Made by a program: the position numbers and the translations under genes
Shown: one piece after another, positions 18,337 through 27,366 of the stretch
Layout: every line of letters starts with the position of its first letter
Numbering within the stretch: position 1 is the first letter of the stretch
The notes under the pieces: model-generated
Told to the model about the DNA's origin: nothing
The model's database searches: none
What the model saw: the letters and a program-made list of their open reading frames with translations, nothing else
Assembly: GCA_964415895.1 (NCBI GenBank)
Contig: CAYQCC010000001.1
Span: 17,934 to 81,933, forward strand
Length of the DNA: 64,000 nt
Source: an uncultured Candidatus Saccharibacteria bacterium
GTDB taxonomy: Bacteria > Patescibacteriota > Minisyncoccia > Phycocordibacterales > UBA1006
Direction: 5' to 3'

Positions 18337-18969
18337 ATGAATACAGTAGAAAAATATTACTCCGTACCGCTTAATGTACTTATCGAACTGATCTGCTTCG
18401 GGCCCAAAGAAGTCAGAACCACAATAGATAAAGAAACAATTATCGATTATCATGATGGTCAAAAAATGTTACTTGTAGCCCATTCTGAAGAACAGGATAA
18501 ATTTATAGCTTGTTATGTCGGTGGTACCATTCCTACCTTGGTGCCAGATATAGATTTTGATTCCAGAAACTATATTCTTCCGGATGAGGCAGGAAGCTTT
18601 AATATAGGGAGATTTCTAGAAGATTTATTGTCTGAAAAACGCGAAACATTAGTACTTCATTTAGGATATGAATCCTGGGTACACGAACGCTTCTTTCTAT
18701 GGAAAATAATTTCAGCAGAAAAAATAAAGTCTCTTAATCTCGATATTGATGAGTTTATCAGACTTAGATGTTCGGCCAATATTCCGAGAAAAAAGCAGAT
18801 TATTCAGGAACTGGAAATAATTTCTAATATTACTGAAACACATAAACCAAAAGAAATATGGAGGTTTCCTCAAGGATCTGGCACTACATACCAGCAATCT
18901 GAAGTTAAATATGCATATCCAAAAAGGTATCCAAATTTAGATCAGCAAGAAGGTAATCCTATTGATTAA
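18337..18969 (+). CDS. hypothetical protein
   Basis: 210 aa with no recognisable motif. It is preceded by a very AT-rich 115-nt spacer. Confidence 0.4.
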   Translation: MNTVEKYYSVPLNVLIELICFGPKEVRTTIDKETIIDYHDGQKMLLVAHSEEQDKFIACYVGGTIPTLVPDIDFDSRNYILPDEAGSFNIGRFLEDLLSEKRETLVLHLGYESWVHERFFLWKIISAEKIKSLNLDIDEFIRLRCSANIPRKKQIIQELEIISNITETHKPKEIWRFPQGSGTTYQQSEVKYAYPKRYPNLDQQEGNPID

Positions 18970-19019
18970 TTTTACTATTTAATGAGACCTCTAGTGGGTC
19001 TTTTTTGTTTTAATAAAAT

Positions 19020-19613
19020 ATGTATAATAATAATCATATGACAGAATATGATGAATTTATTGAAAAAGAAGAAGTCGGGGATGACCTGGAATTTGTTGAA
19101 ACTGACGCCATGGGCGACGAATTAAAGGACAAGGCAAAATTGAAAAAACTTCGTGAGGAATTAAAAACTGCCCAAACGGAAGCTCGCGACAGTCTCATGG
19201 CATTACAGCGATCGCGTGCTGATTATGTAAACTTGAAAAAGGAAAACGATGAAATTCGCACTACCGTAAAACAGCGTACTACTGAAAGCGTTATTATGGA
19301 TTTTCTGCCAGTGATCGATAGTTTTGATATGGCGATGGGTAATTCTGCTGCATGGGAAGCCGTAGATAAAAACTGGCGGGTAGGTGTGGAATATATTTAC
19401 AGTCAACTGAATACAACTCTTGATAATCATGGAATTTCCGCGATTGATAGTGTTGGCGTGGAATTTGATCCAAACTTGCACGAGCCGATGAAAACAGAGG
19501 ATACAGAGGATACAGCACAAGATCACAAAATTGCTCAGATTATCCAAAAAGGATACAAAATGGGTGACAAGGTTATTCGTCCAGCACGGGTTGTTGTGTA
19601 TAAATTAAAATAA
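19020..19613 (+). CDS. grpE: nucleotide exchange factor GrpE
   Basis: Coiled-coil N-terminus. The C-terminal VIDSFDMAM...VEFDPNLHEPM...KGYKMGDKVIRPARVVVYK region is typical of GrpE. Confidence 0.8.
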   Translation: MYNNNHMTEYDEFIEKEEVGDDLEFVETDAMGDELKDKAKLKKLREELKTAQTEARDSLMALQRSRADYVNLKKENDEIRTTVKQRTTESVIMDFLPVIDSFDMAMGNSAAWEAVDKNWRVGVEYIYSQLNTTLDNHGISAIDSVGVEFDPNLHEPMKTEDTEDTAQDHKIAQIIQKGYKMGDKVIRPARVVVYKLK

Positions 19614-19661
19614 TGCCTTTTGGCTTTATTTTTTTTATTAAATAGGAATATACTAAATTAT

Positions 19662-20099
19662 ATGAATACAAAAAAAGTTTTAACATCTATTGGAATCGGA
19701 TTAATCGTATTATTAATAGCGTTTTTTGCAGTATTTGGATCGTCTCTTAAAAATTTGAAAAAGGGAACAGTTGAAGTGCCTACCACTACAGAGCAGGTAA
19801 TGCCTACAGCTACAACAACAACTACTACGCCTACTAAAACGACTACATCGACACCTGCAGTTGCTACTGGATATACACTTTCAGATGTAGCAATGCATAA
19901 TTCAGCAACATCATGTTGGTCTGCAATCGATGGAAATGTGTATGATCTTACAAACTGGGTAAATTCACACCCAGGTGGAAAGGCTGCAATTTTGATGATC
20001 TGTGGAAAGGATGGATCGCCAATGTTTGAGTCACAGCATGGTGGACAGAATAAGCCTGCGAACATCTTGGCAAAATATAAAGTAGGTGCACTTAATTAA
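19662..20099 (+). CDS. membrane-anchored cytochrome b5-like heme-binding domain protein
   Basis: N-terminal transmembrane helix and Thr-rich linker. The C-terminus CWSAIDGNVYDLTNWVNSHPGG matches the cyt-b5 HPGG motif. The track ORF starts at TTG 19620; the first ATG is at 19662. Confidence 0.6.
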   Translation: MNTKKVLTSIGIGLIVLLIAFFAVFGSSLKNLKKGTVEVPTTTEQVMPTATTTTTTPTKTTTSTPAVATGYTLSDVAMHNSATSCWSAIDGNVYDLTNWVNSHPGGKAAILMICGKDGSPMFESQHGGQNKPANILAKYKVGALN

Positions 20100-20106
20100 T
20101 TATTTT

Positions 20107-20490
20107 ATGAATAATAGACAATATATTGGGATTAGTATTCTTCGCATTGCACTTTCATTTGTATTCCTTTGGTTTGGATTTTCACAGATGAGCAATGCCG
20201 CGCAGTGGGTTGGTTTTGTTCCAGATTGGGCGACATCAATCATGAGTGCAGGAACGCTTGTGTACCTAAACGGAATATTTGAAATTATTGCTGGACTTAT
20301 GCTTGCGATTGGAATTTTCCCTCGATACGTTGCGTTACTTCTCGGGCTTCATCTGTTGGTTATTTCATCAAGTCTTGGGTTTTCTGCAATCGGCGTTCGC
20401 GATATCGGATTATCGTTTGCAACATTGTCATTATTCTTTTTAGGGAATGATAAGTTGGCATTAAGTTATAAGGAAAGTACTAGTAATTAA
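20107..20490 (+). CDS. DoxX family membrane protein
   Basis: 4-transmembrane pattern; ILRIALSFVFLWFGFSQ is typical of DoxX. ATG at 20107 (the track ORF starts at GTG 20086). Confidence 0.5.
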   Translation: MNNRQYIGISILRIALSFVFLWFGFSQMSNAAQWVGFVPDWATSIMSAGTLVYLNGIFEIIAGLMLAIGIFPRYVALLLGLHLLVISSSLGFSAIGVRDIGLSFATLSLFFLGNDKLALSYKESTSN

Positions 20491-20493
20491 TAT

Positions 20494-20727
20494 ATGACAT
20501 ATATTGATGTACGCACACCCGAAGAGTTTGCATCAGGTCATTATCCTGATGCTATAAATCATCCTGTTGAATTAATCATGCAGGGAATGTTTCCGGAACT
20601 TTCAAAAGACACAGAAATTAATTTGTACTGCAGATCTGGTGCTCGAGCAGGAATGGCTCAGCAGATGATGCAACAGGCAGGTTTTACAAATGTCACCAAC
20701 AAAGGCGGTCTATCAGATTTAAAATAA
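20494..20727 (+). CDS. rhodanese-like domain protein
   Basis: 77 aa with the active-site Cys loop YCRSGARAG. Confidence 0.7.
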   Translation: MTYIDVRTPEEFASGHYPDAINHPVELIMQGMFPELSKDTEINLYCRSGARAGMAQQMMQQAGFTNVTNKGGLSDLK

Positions 20728-20750
20728 AAACACCATTTGGTGTTTTTATT
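20727..20750. terminator. bidirectional terminator AAAACACCA-UU-UGGUGUUUU between convergent genes
   Basis: Perfect palindrome flanked by A-run and T-run. Confidence 0.65.
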
Positions 20751-21291
20751 TTTGAAATATTTTTAACAACTCAGTCTCTGTTTCCGCGTCCAGATTATTC
20801 GTTGTCATGATCATCATTTCTGTCGTCAGGTCCAGATCTTTCTTGATATTCATAAACAGGTGTTCGTAGGGAAATGGGGAAATCCATGCTGAATTTTTGA
20901 GTAATTCAAACCCGGCTTTTTTCAAGAGATATCGCAATGCCTCGCGTTCGGATTTTCGGGATTCTGGTAGATCAAGCAATACGATCCGCCACTGTCCGTC
21001 CCAGTTGGGAACCAGGGTAGAATCCGATTCCAATTGGATACTGACTGCCTTTCGTTTACCAGCCCGGGTCAGCCGTGCATAGTCGTTCTGGCCTGAAAAA
21101 TGGCTCTCTACAAGGCCTGATTCATGCAAACCGCGCAATGACCGATTCAGGGCATATTGTGCCTTTTTTGGGTCATTTTCAGCCTTTTCAGAGACGTCCT
21201 TTATAAGTTTGCCTGCAAGATCAGGAAAGGAAACCGCACGATTCTCAGACAGTATTTTCAATATTTTCTTGGAGTAATCTTGATTTTTCAT
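20746..21291 (-). CDS. putative transcriptional regulator, PaaX-like (winged-helix N-terminus; C-terminal WDGQWRIVLLDLPE region)
   Basis: The DGxW..V..DlPE.....R...R..L...GF motif resembles the PaaX C-terminal domain. The N-terminus is winged-helix-like. The assignment is tentative. Confidence 0.35.
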   Translation of the reverse strand: MKNQDYSKKILKILSENRAVSFPDLAGKLIKDVSEKAENDPKKAQYALNRSLRGLHESGLVESHFSGQNDYARLTRAGKRKAVSIQLESDSTLVPNWDGQWRIVLLDLPESRKSEREALRYLLKKAGFELLKNSAWISPFPYEHLFMNIKKDLDLTTEMMIMTTNNLDAETETELLKIFQK

Positions 21292-21314
21292 AAATAGTAT
21301 TTACCTCACCCTAG

Positions 21315-21383
21315 CCCTCTCCTACATAGGAGAGGGAATAAGCCACAAAACGCGAGTCAGTCCTTCTCCTATGTAGGAGAAGG
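21315..21383. repeat. inverted pair of 22-bp dyad-symmetric elements (CCCTCTCCTACATAGGAGAGGG ... CCTTCTCCTATGTAGGAGAAGG) in a divergent promoter region
   Basis: Each 22-mer is a perfect palindrome. The second is the reverse complement of the first with 2 substitutions. They are separated by 25 nt. The same family recurs at 28325-28440. Confidence 0.6.
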
Positions 21384-21406
21384 TGGCGGCACGCCGGATG
21401 ATGTAC

Positions 21407-21434
21407 TTGACTCTTAAAAAGGATAGCATATAAT
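21407..21434 (+). promoter_or_regulatory. sigma70-like promoter TTGACT-16-TATAAT
   Basis: -35 at 21407-12 and -10 at 21429-34, upstream of the 21486 CDS. Confidence 0.5.
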
Positions 21435-21485
21435 AGACATTGTACAAGTATTTCGCGACCGCGGAATAATTGTTAATATTTAATT

Positions 21486-22010
21486 ATGAAAAGAATTTAT
21501 ATTACAGGAGCATCAGGGACAGGTAAATCTACTATAGCAAAAAGATTGAAAGAATCAGGAATGCCTTCATTTGATTTAGATAAAGAAGAAGGTTTATGTA
21601 CTTGGATTCATAAGACGACACAGGAAAGAAGTAGGTGGAATCCTGAGAAAGATGCAGAATTTTTTGAATCAAATGATTATGTTTGCGACAAGGAAAAGCT
21701 TGCTGGATTAATGAGTCAACACGAAGAAACAGACGAAGCTGTAGTTGTTGTAGGACTTTGCGACAATCAAGCCCAGCTGCTCGATTTGTTTGATAAGATT
21801 ATTCTGCTTACGTGCCCTGAAGAAGTTTTCTTGAAAAGAATAAATGAACGGGAACAGCCTTTTGGAAAGGGAGAATCTGAAAAGCAAATGATATTAGGCT
21901 GGTATAAAGACGTTGAAAAAGAATCTCTTGAAAACGGTGCTATCACTATCAATGTTGATCAGCCTATCGAAGAGGTCATGAATGAAGTTATTAAGCTAAT
22001 TAAAAGTTAA
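21486..22010 (+). CDS. P-loop NTPase, small kinase-like (AAA_33 / adenylate-kinase-like fold)
   Basis: Walker A GASGTGKST at residues 8-16. Length 174 aa. Confidence 0.5.
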   Translation: MKRIYITGASGTGKSTIAKRLKESGMPSFDLDKEEGLCTWIHKTTQERSRWNPEKDAEFFESNDYVCDKEKLAGLMSQHEETDEAVVVVGLCDNQAQLLDLFDKIILLTCPEEVFLKRINEREQPFGKGESEKQMILGWYKDVEKESLENGAITINVDQPIEEVMNEVIKLIKS

Positions 22011-22069
22011 ACAAAAAAAGCCGTTCGAAATGAATCTACTTAGCTTAATACCATACTTTCTTTTTAGAT

Positions 22070-22303
22070 TTAGACTCGCCCTGGCCATGGTGGTCGATGT
22101 TCTTCAACGAAAATCCTTATCAACAAGATAAATGCAATAATGCCTCCAAAGAAGCTAATCAACGCACATAAAAACAACAAGTGTTCGTGGTGAATAAACA
22201 AACCGCTTTCTCTGCCATAAAGAAATAAAATAAAAAAGATGGTGTAAAGAACTAAATAGATAATACGAATTTTTTTCATTGTCTTAGATTTTATTAGAAA
22301 CAT
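22070..22303 (-). CDS. small hydrophobic protein (2 predicted transmembrane helices), hypothetical
   Basis: ORF only. The product is hydrophobic. Confidence 0.3.
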   Translation of the reverse strand: MFLIKSKTMKKIRIIYLVLYTIFFILFLYGRESGLFIHHEHLLFLCALISFFGGIIAFILLIRIFVEEHRPPWPGRV

Positions 22304-22339
22304 AATATCACTTTATTAATTAACTGTCAAATAAACTAT

Positions 22340-24223
22340 ATGTCAAAAATCATTGGAATCGATTTAGGAACCACAAACTCGGCGGTAGCCATCATCGAGG
22401 GTGGTCAACCAAAAATTATTGAAAACACAGAAGGTGCACGAACAACGCCCTCTATCATTGCGCAGGCAAAAAACGGTGACCGAATGGTCGGAGCTTTGGC
22501 TAAACGACAGGCGGTTACGAATCCTGAAAATACCATTTTCGGAATCAAACGATACATGGGTCACAAATTCAGCGACGAAGTAGTGACAAAAGATATTCCT
22601 CATTCACCGTTCAAGATTTCTAAAGGAACAGACGATCGCGTAATGGTGAAATTCGGAGGCGAGGATAAAAGCCCGGAAGAAATTTCTGCAATGATCCTTT
22701 CAAAAATCAAGGCGGATGTGGAGGCAAAACTTGGTGAGAAAATCACCGAAGCTGTTATTACCGTACCTGCGTACTTTGACGACGCACAGCGTCAAGCTAC
22801 AGTTAATGCAGGTAAAATTGCAGGTCTTGATGTTAAGCGAATCATCAACGAACCAACAGCTGCGGCTTTGGCTTACGGATTCAACTCTAAAAAAGATCAG
22901 AAGATCGCCGTGTACGATTTCGGAGGTGGAACATTCGATATTTCAGTTCTGGAGGTTGGGGCGGACTTGGTAGAGGTTAAATCTACTGACGGAGACGCAC
23001 ACATGGGTGGAGAAGACATCGATCGAAAGATTGTTGCATGGATTGGTGATGAATTTAAAAAGGAATCAGGATTGGATGTTACGAAAGACGTTCTTGCATT
23101 GCAGCGTTTGAAAGAAGCAGCTGAAAAAGCAAAGCACGAACTTTCAACAACAACAGAAACTGAAATCAATATTCCGTTTATCGCGCAGAACGACGGAGTT
23201 CCTCAACACTTGATGATGAAGATGTCACGAAGCAAACTTGAAGAATTGGCTGCAGAATTTGTAGATCGATCAATCGAAATCACAAAACGAGCCATTGCTG
23301 CATCACCATATAAAATTGGCGAGATCGACGAAATCATCATGGTTGGAGGACAGACTCGAATGCCAAAAATTGTCGAGGAAGTGAAGAAGCTGTTTGGAAA
23401 AGAACCAAACCGAACAATCAATCCTGATGAAGTGGTAGCTTTGGGTGCTGCAGTTCAGGCTGGAGTATTGCAAGGTGATGTAAAAGACGTTCTTCTTCTT
23501 GATGTAATTCCATTGTCACTAGGAATCGAAACAATGGGAGGAGTAGCGACAAAGCTGATCGAGCGAAACACGACGATCCCGACATCAAAATCACAAGTCT
23601 TTTCAACAGCATCAGACAACCAAACATCAGTGGATATTCATATCGTTCAGGGTGAACGACCGATGACATCTGATAACAAATCTTTGGGACGATTCGTGCT
23701 AGGTGATATTGCACCAGCTCCACGCGGAATTCCACAGATCGAGGTAACATTCGATATCGATGCAAACGGAATCTTGAACGTGAAAGCAACTGACAAGGCA
23801 ACTAACAAGGAAGCTTCAATCACCATCCAATCAGGAGGAGGTTTGTCAGATGCTGATATCAAGAAAATGCAGGAAGATGCCGAGAAATACAAAGAAGAAG
23901 ATGAAAAGAAAAAGGAATTGGTGGATAAAAGAAATACGGCTGAAACATCAATCTTTGCAGCAGAAAAATCTTTGAAAGAATATGCTGACAAATTGGATGA
24001 TGCGACTAAAACTACGATCAACGAAAAAATCACAGCCTTGAAGGATGTGAAAGATAAAGACGATGCGGCAGCAATTGATTCTGCAACATCTTCACTTTCA
24101 GATGAAATGATGAAGATCTACGAAATTATACAGAAAGCTGGAGCGGAAGCTCAACCTGAAGCTGCAACAGAGGAAACTGCGGAAGAAACTAAAACAGAAG
24201 AGGGGGGTGAGGAAGGGAAATAA
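22340..24223 (+). CDS. dnaK: molecular chaperone DnaK (Hsp70)
   Basis: [18 protein letters not shown]-type motifs and the overall length (627 aa). Confidence 0.95.
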   Translation: MSKIIGIDLGTTNSAVAIIEGGQPKIIENTEGARTTPSIIAQAKNGDRMVGALAKRQAVTNPENTIFGIKRYMGHKFSDEVVTKDIPHSPFKISKGTDDRVMVKFGGEDKSPEEISAMILSKIKADVEAKLGEKITEAVITVPAYFDDAQRQATVNAGKIAGLDVKRIINEPTAAALAYGFNSKKDQKIAVYDFGGGTFDISVLEVGADLVEVKSTDGDAHMGGEDIDRKIVAWIGDEFKKESGLDVTKDVLALQRLKEAAEKAKHELSTTTETEINIPFIAQNDGVPQHLMMKMSRSKLEELAAEFVDRSIEITKRAIAASPYKIGEIDEIIMVGGQTRMPKIVEEVKKLFGKEPNRTINPDEVVALGAAVQAGVLQGDVKDVLLLDVIPLSLGIETMGGVATKLIERNTTIPTSKSQVFSTASDNQTSVDIHIVQGERPMTSDNKSLGRFVLGDIAPAPRGIPQIEVTFDIDANGILNVKATDKATNKEASITIQSGGGLSDADIKKMQEDAEKYKEEDEKKKELVDKRNTAETSIFAAEKSLKEYADKLDDATKTTINEKITALKDVKDKDDAAAIDSATSSLSDEMMKIYEIIQKAGAEAQPEAATEETAEETKTEEGGEEGK

Positions 24224-24236
24224 AAAACAGTCTTAT

Positions 24237-24281
24237 TCAACTAACATCTAAAATGTTAATCGAATAAGACCAGTAAGAAAT
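24237..24281 (-). terminator. terminator hairpin for the small minus-strand ORF (GUCUUAUUC...GAAUAAGAC with nested inner hairpin; U-run on the minus strand)
   Basis: 9-bp outer stem. rc(24225-24236) gives UGUUUUUU immediately 3' on the minus strand. Confidence 0.45.
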
Positions 24282-24293
24282 GAAAATTTCATG

Positions 24294-24494
24294 CTAAGCA
24301 ATTATTACGCCGAATTCTTTGTTTAAAATCTTACGGAAAGAAGAATAGCCAAAAATGACGGCTACTGCACATAAGATTTCAACAGAAGCTGGAAATAAAA
24401 GCTTAGGAAGTTCAATTTTCACATTTACAAAAAATGGAAACGCTACCATGCATACTGCACCACATAGCATAAGAAAAAACGATAGATATTTCAT
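24294..24494 (-). CDS. small hydrophobic protein, hypothetical
   Basis: ORF only; 2 predicted transmembrane helices. Confidence 0.3.
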   Translation of the reverse strand: MKYLSFFLMLCGAVCMVAFPFFVNVKIELPKLLFPASVEILCAVAVIFGYSSFRKILNKEFGVIIA

Positions 24495-24635
24495 AAAGAT
24501 TGTTTAATTGAATTATATATTAGCATATATAGCTTACTTTGTCAATATATTATTCAACCTTCTTTCCGAACATGTCTAAGGACGTGTTTGGTATAGAGGT
24601 GAGAAAATCTCAATCTCGTGTATACTTATAAACTT

Positions 24636-25544
24636 ATGAGTAAAGACTATTACAAAACATTAGGAGTAGATAAAAAAGCAACAGAGCCCGAGATAAAGGC
24701 TGCTTTTCGTAAACTTGCTCATCAACATCATCCAGATAAAAACGGAGGAAAGGATGAAAAGTTCAAAGAAATTAACGAGGCATACCAAACTCTTTCGAAT
24801 TCGCAAAAGCGAGCGCAGTATGACCAGTTCGGATCATCTGGACCAGGAGGTTTTGGAGGTGGTCAGCAGGGAAATCCGTTCGGTGGTGGAGCTTTCAATT
24901 GGGAAGATATCATGCGACAGGCACAACAAGGTCAAGGCGGTGCGCAGTTTGATTTTGGCGATATTGATTTGGGAGATTTGTTTGGTGCATTTGGATTCGG
25001 TGGACAGCGTGTACGAAGAGGGCGAAACATTGAGGTTCAAATGAAAATGACATTCAAGGAGTCAGTTCGTGGATTTACACGTGATATTGATGTTCCTGAT
25101 TATCGTGACGGAAAACAGTCTGGAATGAAAAAAGTTTCTGTAACAATTCCAGCAGGGGTCACGCATGGTCAACAATTGCAAATGGATGGAGCAGGGGAAT
25201 CTGTAACTGATGGTCGTCCAGGAAGTTTGATTATTACAGCTATTGTTGAAAAACATCCTACTATCCGAAAGGAGGGACAGCATTTGGTTATGGATCTGCA
25301 TGTATCGTTGATCGACGCTTTGCTTGGAAAGAAGGTCGAGGTTGAAACATTAGACGGAAAGGAAACAATTGAAATTCCAGAGGGAATGCCAGTGAACCAT
25401 GTGATCAAATTGAAAGGAAAAGGTGTATCAGCAGGATTTATGCGTAATGGTGATTTTCTGATTGAAACACATATTGATATGCCAAAAAAGATTTCTAAGT
25501 CTGCTAAACAGAAAATCGAAGACTTGCGAGGCGACTTGGCATAG
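24636..25544 (+). CDS. dnaJ: DnaJ-like co-chaperone (J domain, G/F-rich, C-terminal substrate-binding domains, no CxxCxGxG zinc finger)
   Basis: DYYKTLGVDKKATEPEIKAAFRKLAHQHHPDKN J domain. GGFGGGQQGNPFGGG linker. No Cys repeats. The track ORF starts at 24618; the MSKDYY start is at 24636. Confidence 0.75.
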   Translation: MSKDYYKTLGVDKKATEPEIKAAFRKLAHQHHPDKNGGKDEKFKEINEAYQTLSNSQKRAQYDQFGSSGPGGFGGGQQGNPFGGGAFNWEDIMRQAQQGQGGAQFDFGDIDLGDLFGAFGFGGQRVRRGRNIEVQMKMTFKESVRGFTRDIDVPDYRDGKQSGMKKVSVTIPAGVTHGQQLQMDGAGESVTDGRPGSLIITAIVEKHPTIRKEGQHLVMDLHVSLIDALLGKKVEVETLDGKETIEIPEGMPVNHVIKLKGKGVSAGFMRNGDFLIETHIDMPKKISKSAKQKIEDLRGDLA

Positions 25545-25598
25545 CATTGACTTCATGTTGCAAAATGGTATCGTGTCTTCAATAAAAACGAAAATACA

Positions 25599-25919
25599 AT
25601 GGCAAAAATTGTTACAACACTTATCAGGGAGTACAAGCAGAATATGAAAGTTAATTTTGGGAAGAATTGGATTGATATAGCTGATTTTACGAATGAAACA
25701 GTATCAAACATCCTGAAGGAATTTCTAAAAAAGAATCCTAACAATTTTGACTTAGTTGCATTCATGATAGAAGATACTACCTGCACTGACCCGATAGTGG
25801 CAATGCTGGTATATCTTTATTCAGCCGATTCCACAAAAGGTGAACAATATAAGCAGCTTGGAAAACTGATAAGTGAACGAAATGACATCTCAGAAATAAC
25901 AAGAGAACTTCTGGCATGA
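25599..25919 (+). CDS. hypothetical protein
   Basis: ORF only. Confidence 0.35.
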   Translation: MAKIVTTLIREYKQNMKVNFGKNWIDIADFTNETVSNILKEFLKKNPNNFDLVAFMIEDTTCTDPIVAMLVYLYSADSTKGEQYKQLGKLISERNDISEITRELLA

Positions 25920-25920
25920 T

Positions 25921-25949
25921 AAAAGGCGATCGAAATTCGAACGCCTTTT
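25921..25949. terminator. bidirectional terminator AAAAGGCG-N13-CGCCUUUU
   Basis: 8-bp stem with palindromic loop, between convergent genes. Confidence 0.65.
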
Positions 25950-25960
25950 ATACTACTTAT

Positions 25961-27346
25961 TTATACTTTTCTAACCTTTTGTCCGTCATCTGTATCTTTT
26001 AATTCGTATCCAAGTGCCTGGATTTCGTTTCGAATTAAATCTGATGTATGCCAGTCTTGTTTTTCACGAGCAATTTCTCGTTCCTTCAACAGTTTTTGAA
26101 TGTGATCTGGAATCTCAAATGGCTCGTCATCTGCCGCAACTTCATTAAGTTTTAATCCAAGTACGCGATCAAAATCAAGGATGGTTGCTTTTTTATCAGC
26201 ATCAGAAACGTCAGGATTCTTTATAAGTTCCCAAACAATCGCAAGTCCACCAGCAGTGTTCAAATCATCATTCACAATATCATTAAATAATGTTTGGTAG
26301 GATTCTGAAATTTCTCCAACTTCTTCTATTCGTGAGATATAACTTTGCAGTTTTTTCAAAGCTGTTTCTGATGCAGACAATGCTTCCCATGAAAACGAGA
26401 TTTGTGATCGATAATGTGATTGTAGATATAAATAACGTAACGCAAGAGGGTTGTGTCCGTTTTCACGCACTGTTTCCATAGTGATAGAATTATCGCCAGA
26501 CTTCGCCATCTTGGTATCACCAATGTTTACGAATTCATTATGCAACCAATAATTCACATAAGGTGCATGCCCTGTAGAGCATTCTGATTGCGCAATTTCA
26601 TTATTATGATGAATTGCTGCAAGATCATGCCCACCTGTATGAATATCTAGATGGTCTCCCAAGTATTTCATTCCCATTCCAGAACACTCGATATGCCAGC
26701 CAGGGAAGCCTTGACCCCATGGTGACTGCCAGCCTTTTGTCTCATCGAATTTCCACAATGCAAAGTCACGCGCACTTTTTTTCTCTGTAACTTCGCCAAT
26801 ACGTGATTCGTTAGAACTTGAAAGTCCTCCCAGTTTTCCATAATCCGGCATTTTTTCTGTATCAAAATATATACCATCTGTAGTTGTATATATAAAACCT
26901 TTCTGCTCAAGTTTTTTAATGATTTCAATATCTTCATCAACATGCTCACTTGCTCGTGGAAGGATCTTTGGAGTTAAAATATTCATTTCTCCAATATCAT
27001 TTACGAATACGTCTTCATATTTGCGAGCAAGTTTCAACATGTTTTCAAGATTAATCTCCATTCCTTCACGTTTCAGCCCCTTTGTCATTTTGTCATCTCC
27101 AGTATCATTATCTTCATTCACAAGATGTCCAATATCCGTAATGTTCATTACCTGGTTTACTTGGTAATCGTTATATTCAAAAACACGACGTACAATATCG
27201 GCTAATGCGAATGCTCGTAAGTTGCCAATATGAAGTGACCCATATACCGTAGGTCCACAATGATACATAGAAACAGAGCCAGGTGTAATTGGCTTAAATA
27301 TTTCTTTCTGCTTTGAAAGCGTATTAGTTAGGTAAATTTGTTTCAT
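25961..27346 (-). CDS. cysS: cysteinyl-tRNA synthetase
   Basis: HCGPTVYGSLHIGN (HIGH), KMAKSGDN (KMSKS) and the overall class I CysRS pattern. Confidence 0.9.
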   Translation of the reverse strand: MKQIYLTNTLSKQKEIFKPITPGSVSMYHCGPTVYGSLHIGNLRAFALADIVRRVFEYNDYQVNQVMNITDIGHLVNEDNDTGDDKMTKGLKREGMEINLENMLKLARKYEDVFVNDIGEMNILTPKILPRASEHVDEDIEIIKKLEQKGFIYTTTDGIYFDTEKMPDYGKLGGLSSSNESRIGEVTEKKSARDFALWKFDETKGWQSPWGQGFPGWHIECSGMGMKYLGDHLDIHTGGHDLAAIHHNNEIAQSECSTGHAPYVNYWLHNEFVNIGDTKMAKSGDNSITMETVRENGHNPLALRYLYLQSHYRSQISFSWEALSASETALKKLQSYISRIEEVGEISESYQTLFNDIVNDDLNTAGGLAIVWELIKNPDVSDADKKATILDFDRVLGLKLNEVAADDEPFEIPDHIQKLLKEREIAREKQDWHTSDLIRNEIQALGYELKDTDDGQKVRKV

Positions 27347-27366
27347 AGTATTTTAATTAGCATATC

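Noticed and set aside
22304-22339. Search for CIRCE/HrcA operator upstream of dnaK, and also upstream of grpE and dnaJ
   Set aside because: - No TTAGCACTC-N9-GAGTGCTAA-like inverted repeat is present.
- The TTAGCA near 24520 has no partner half-site.
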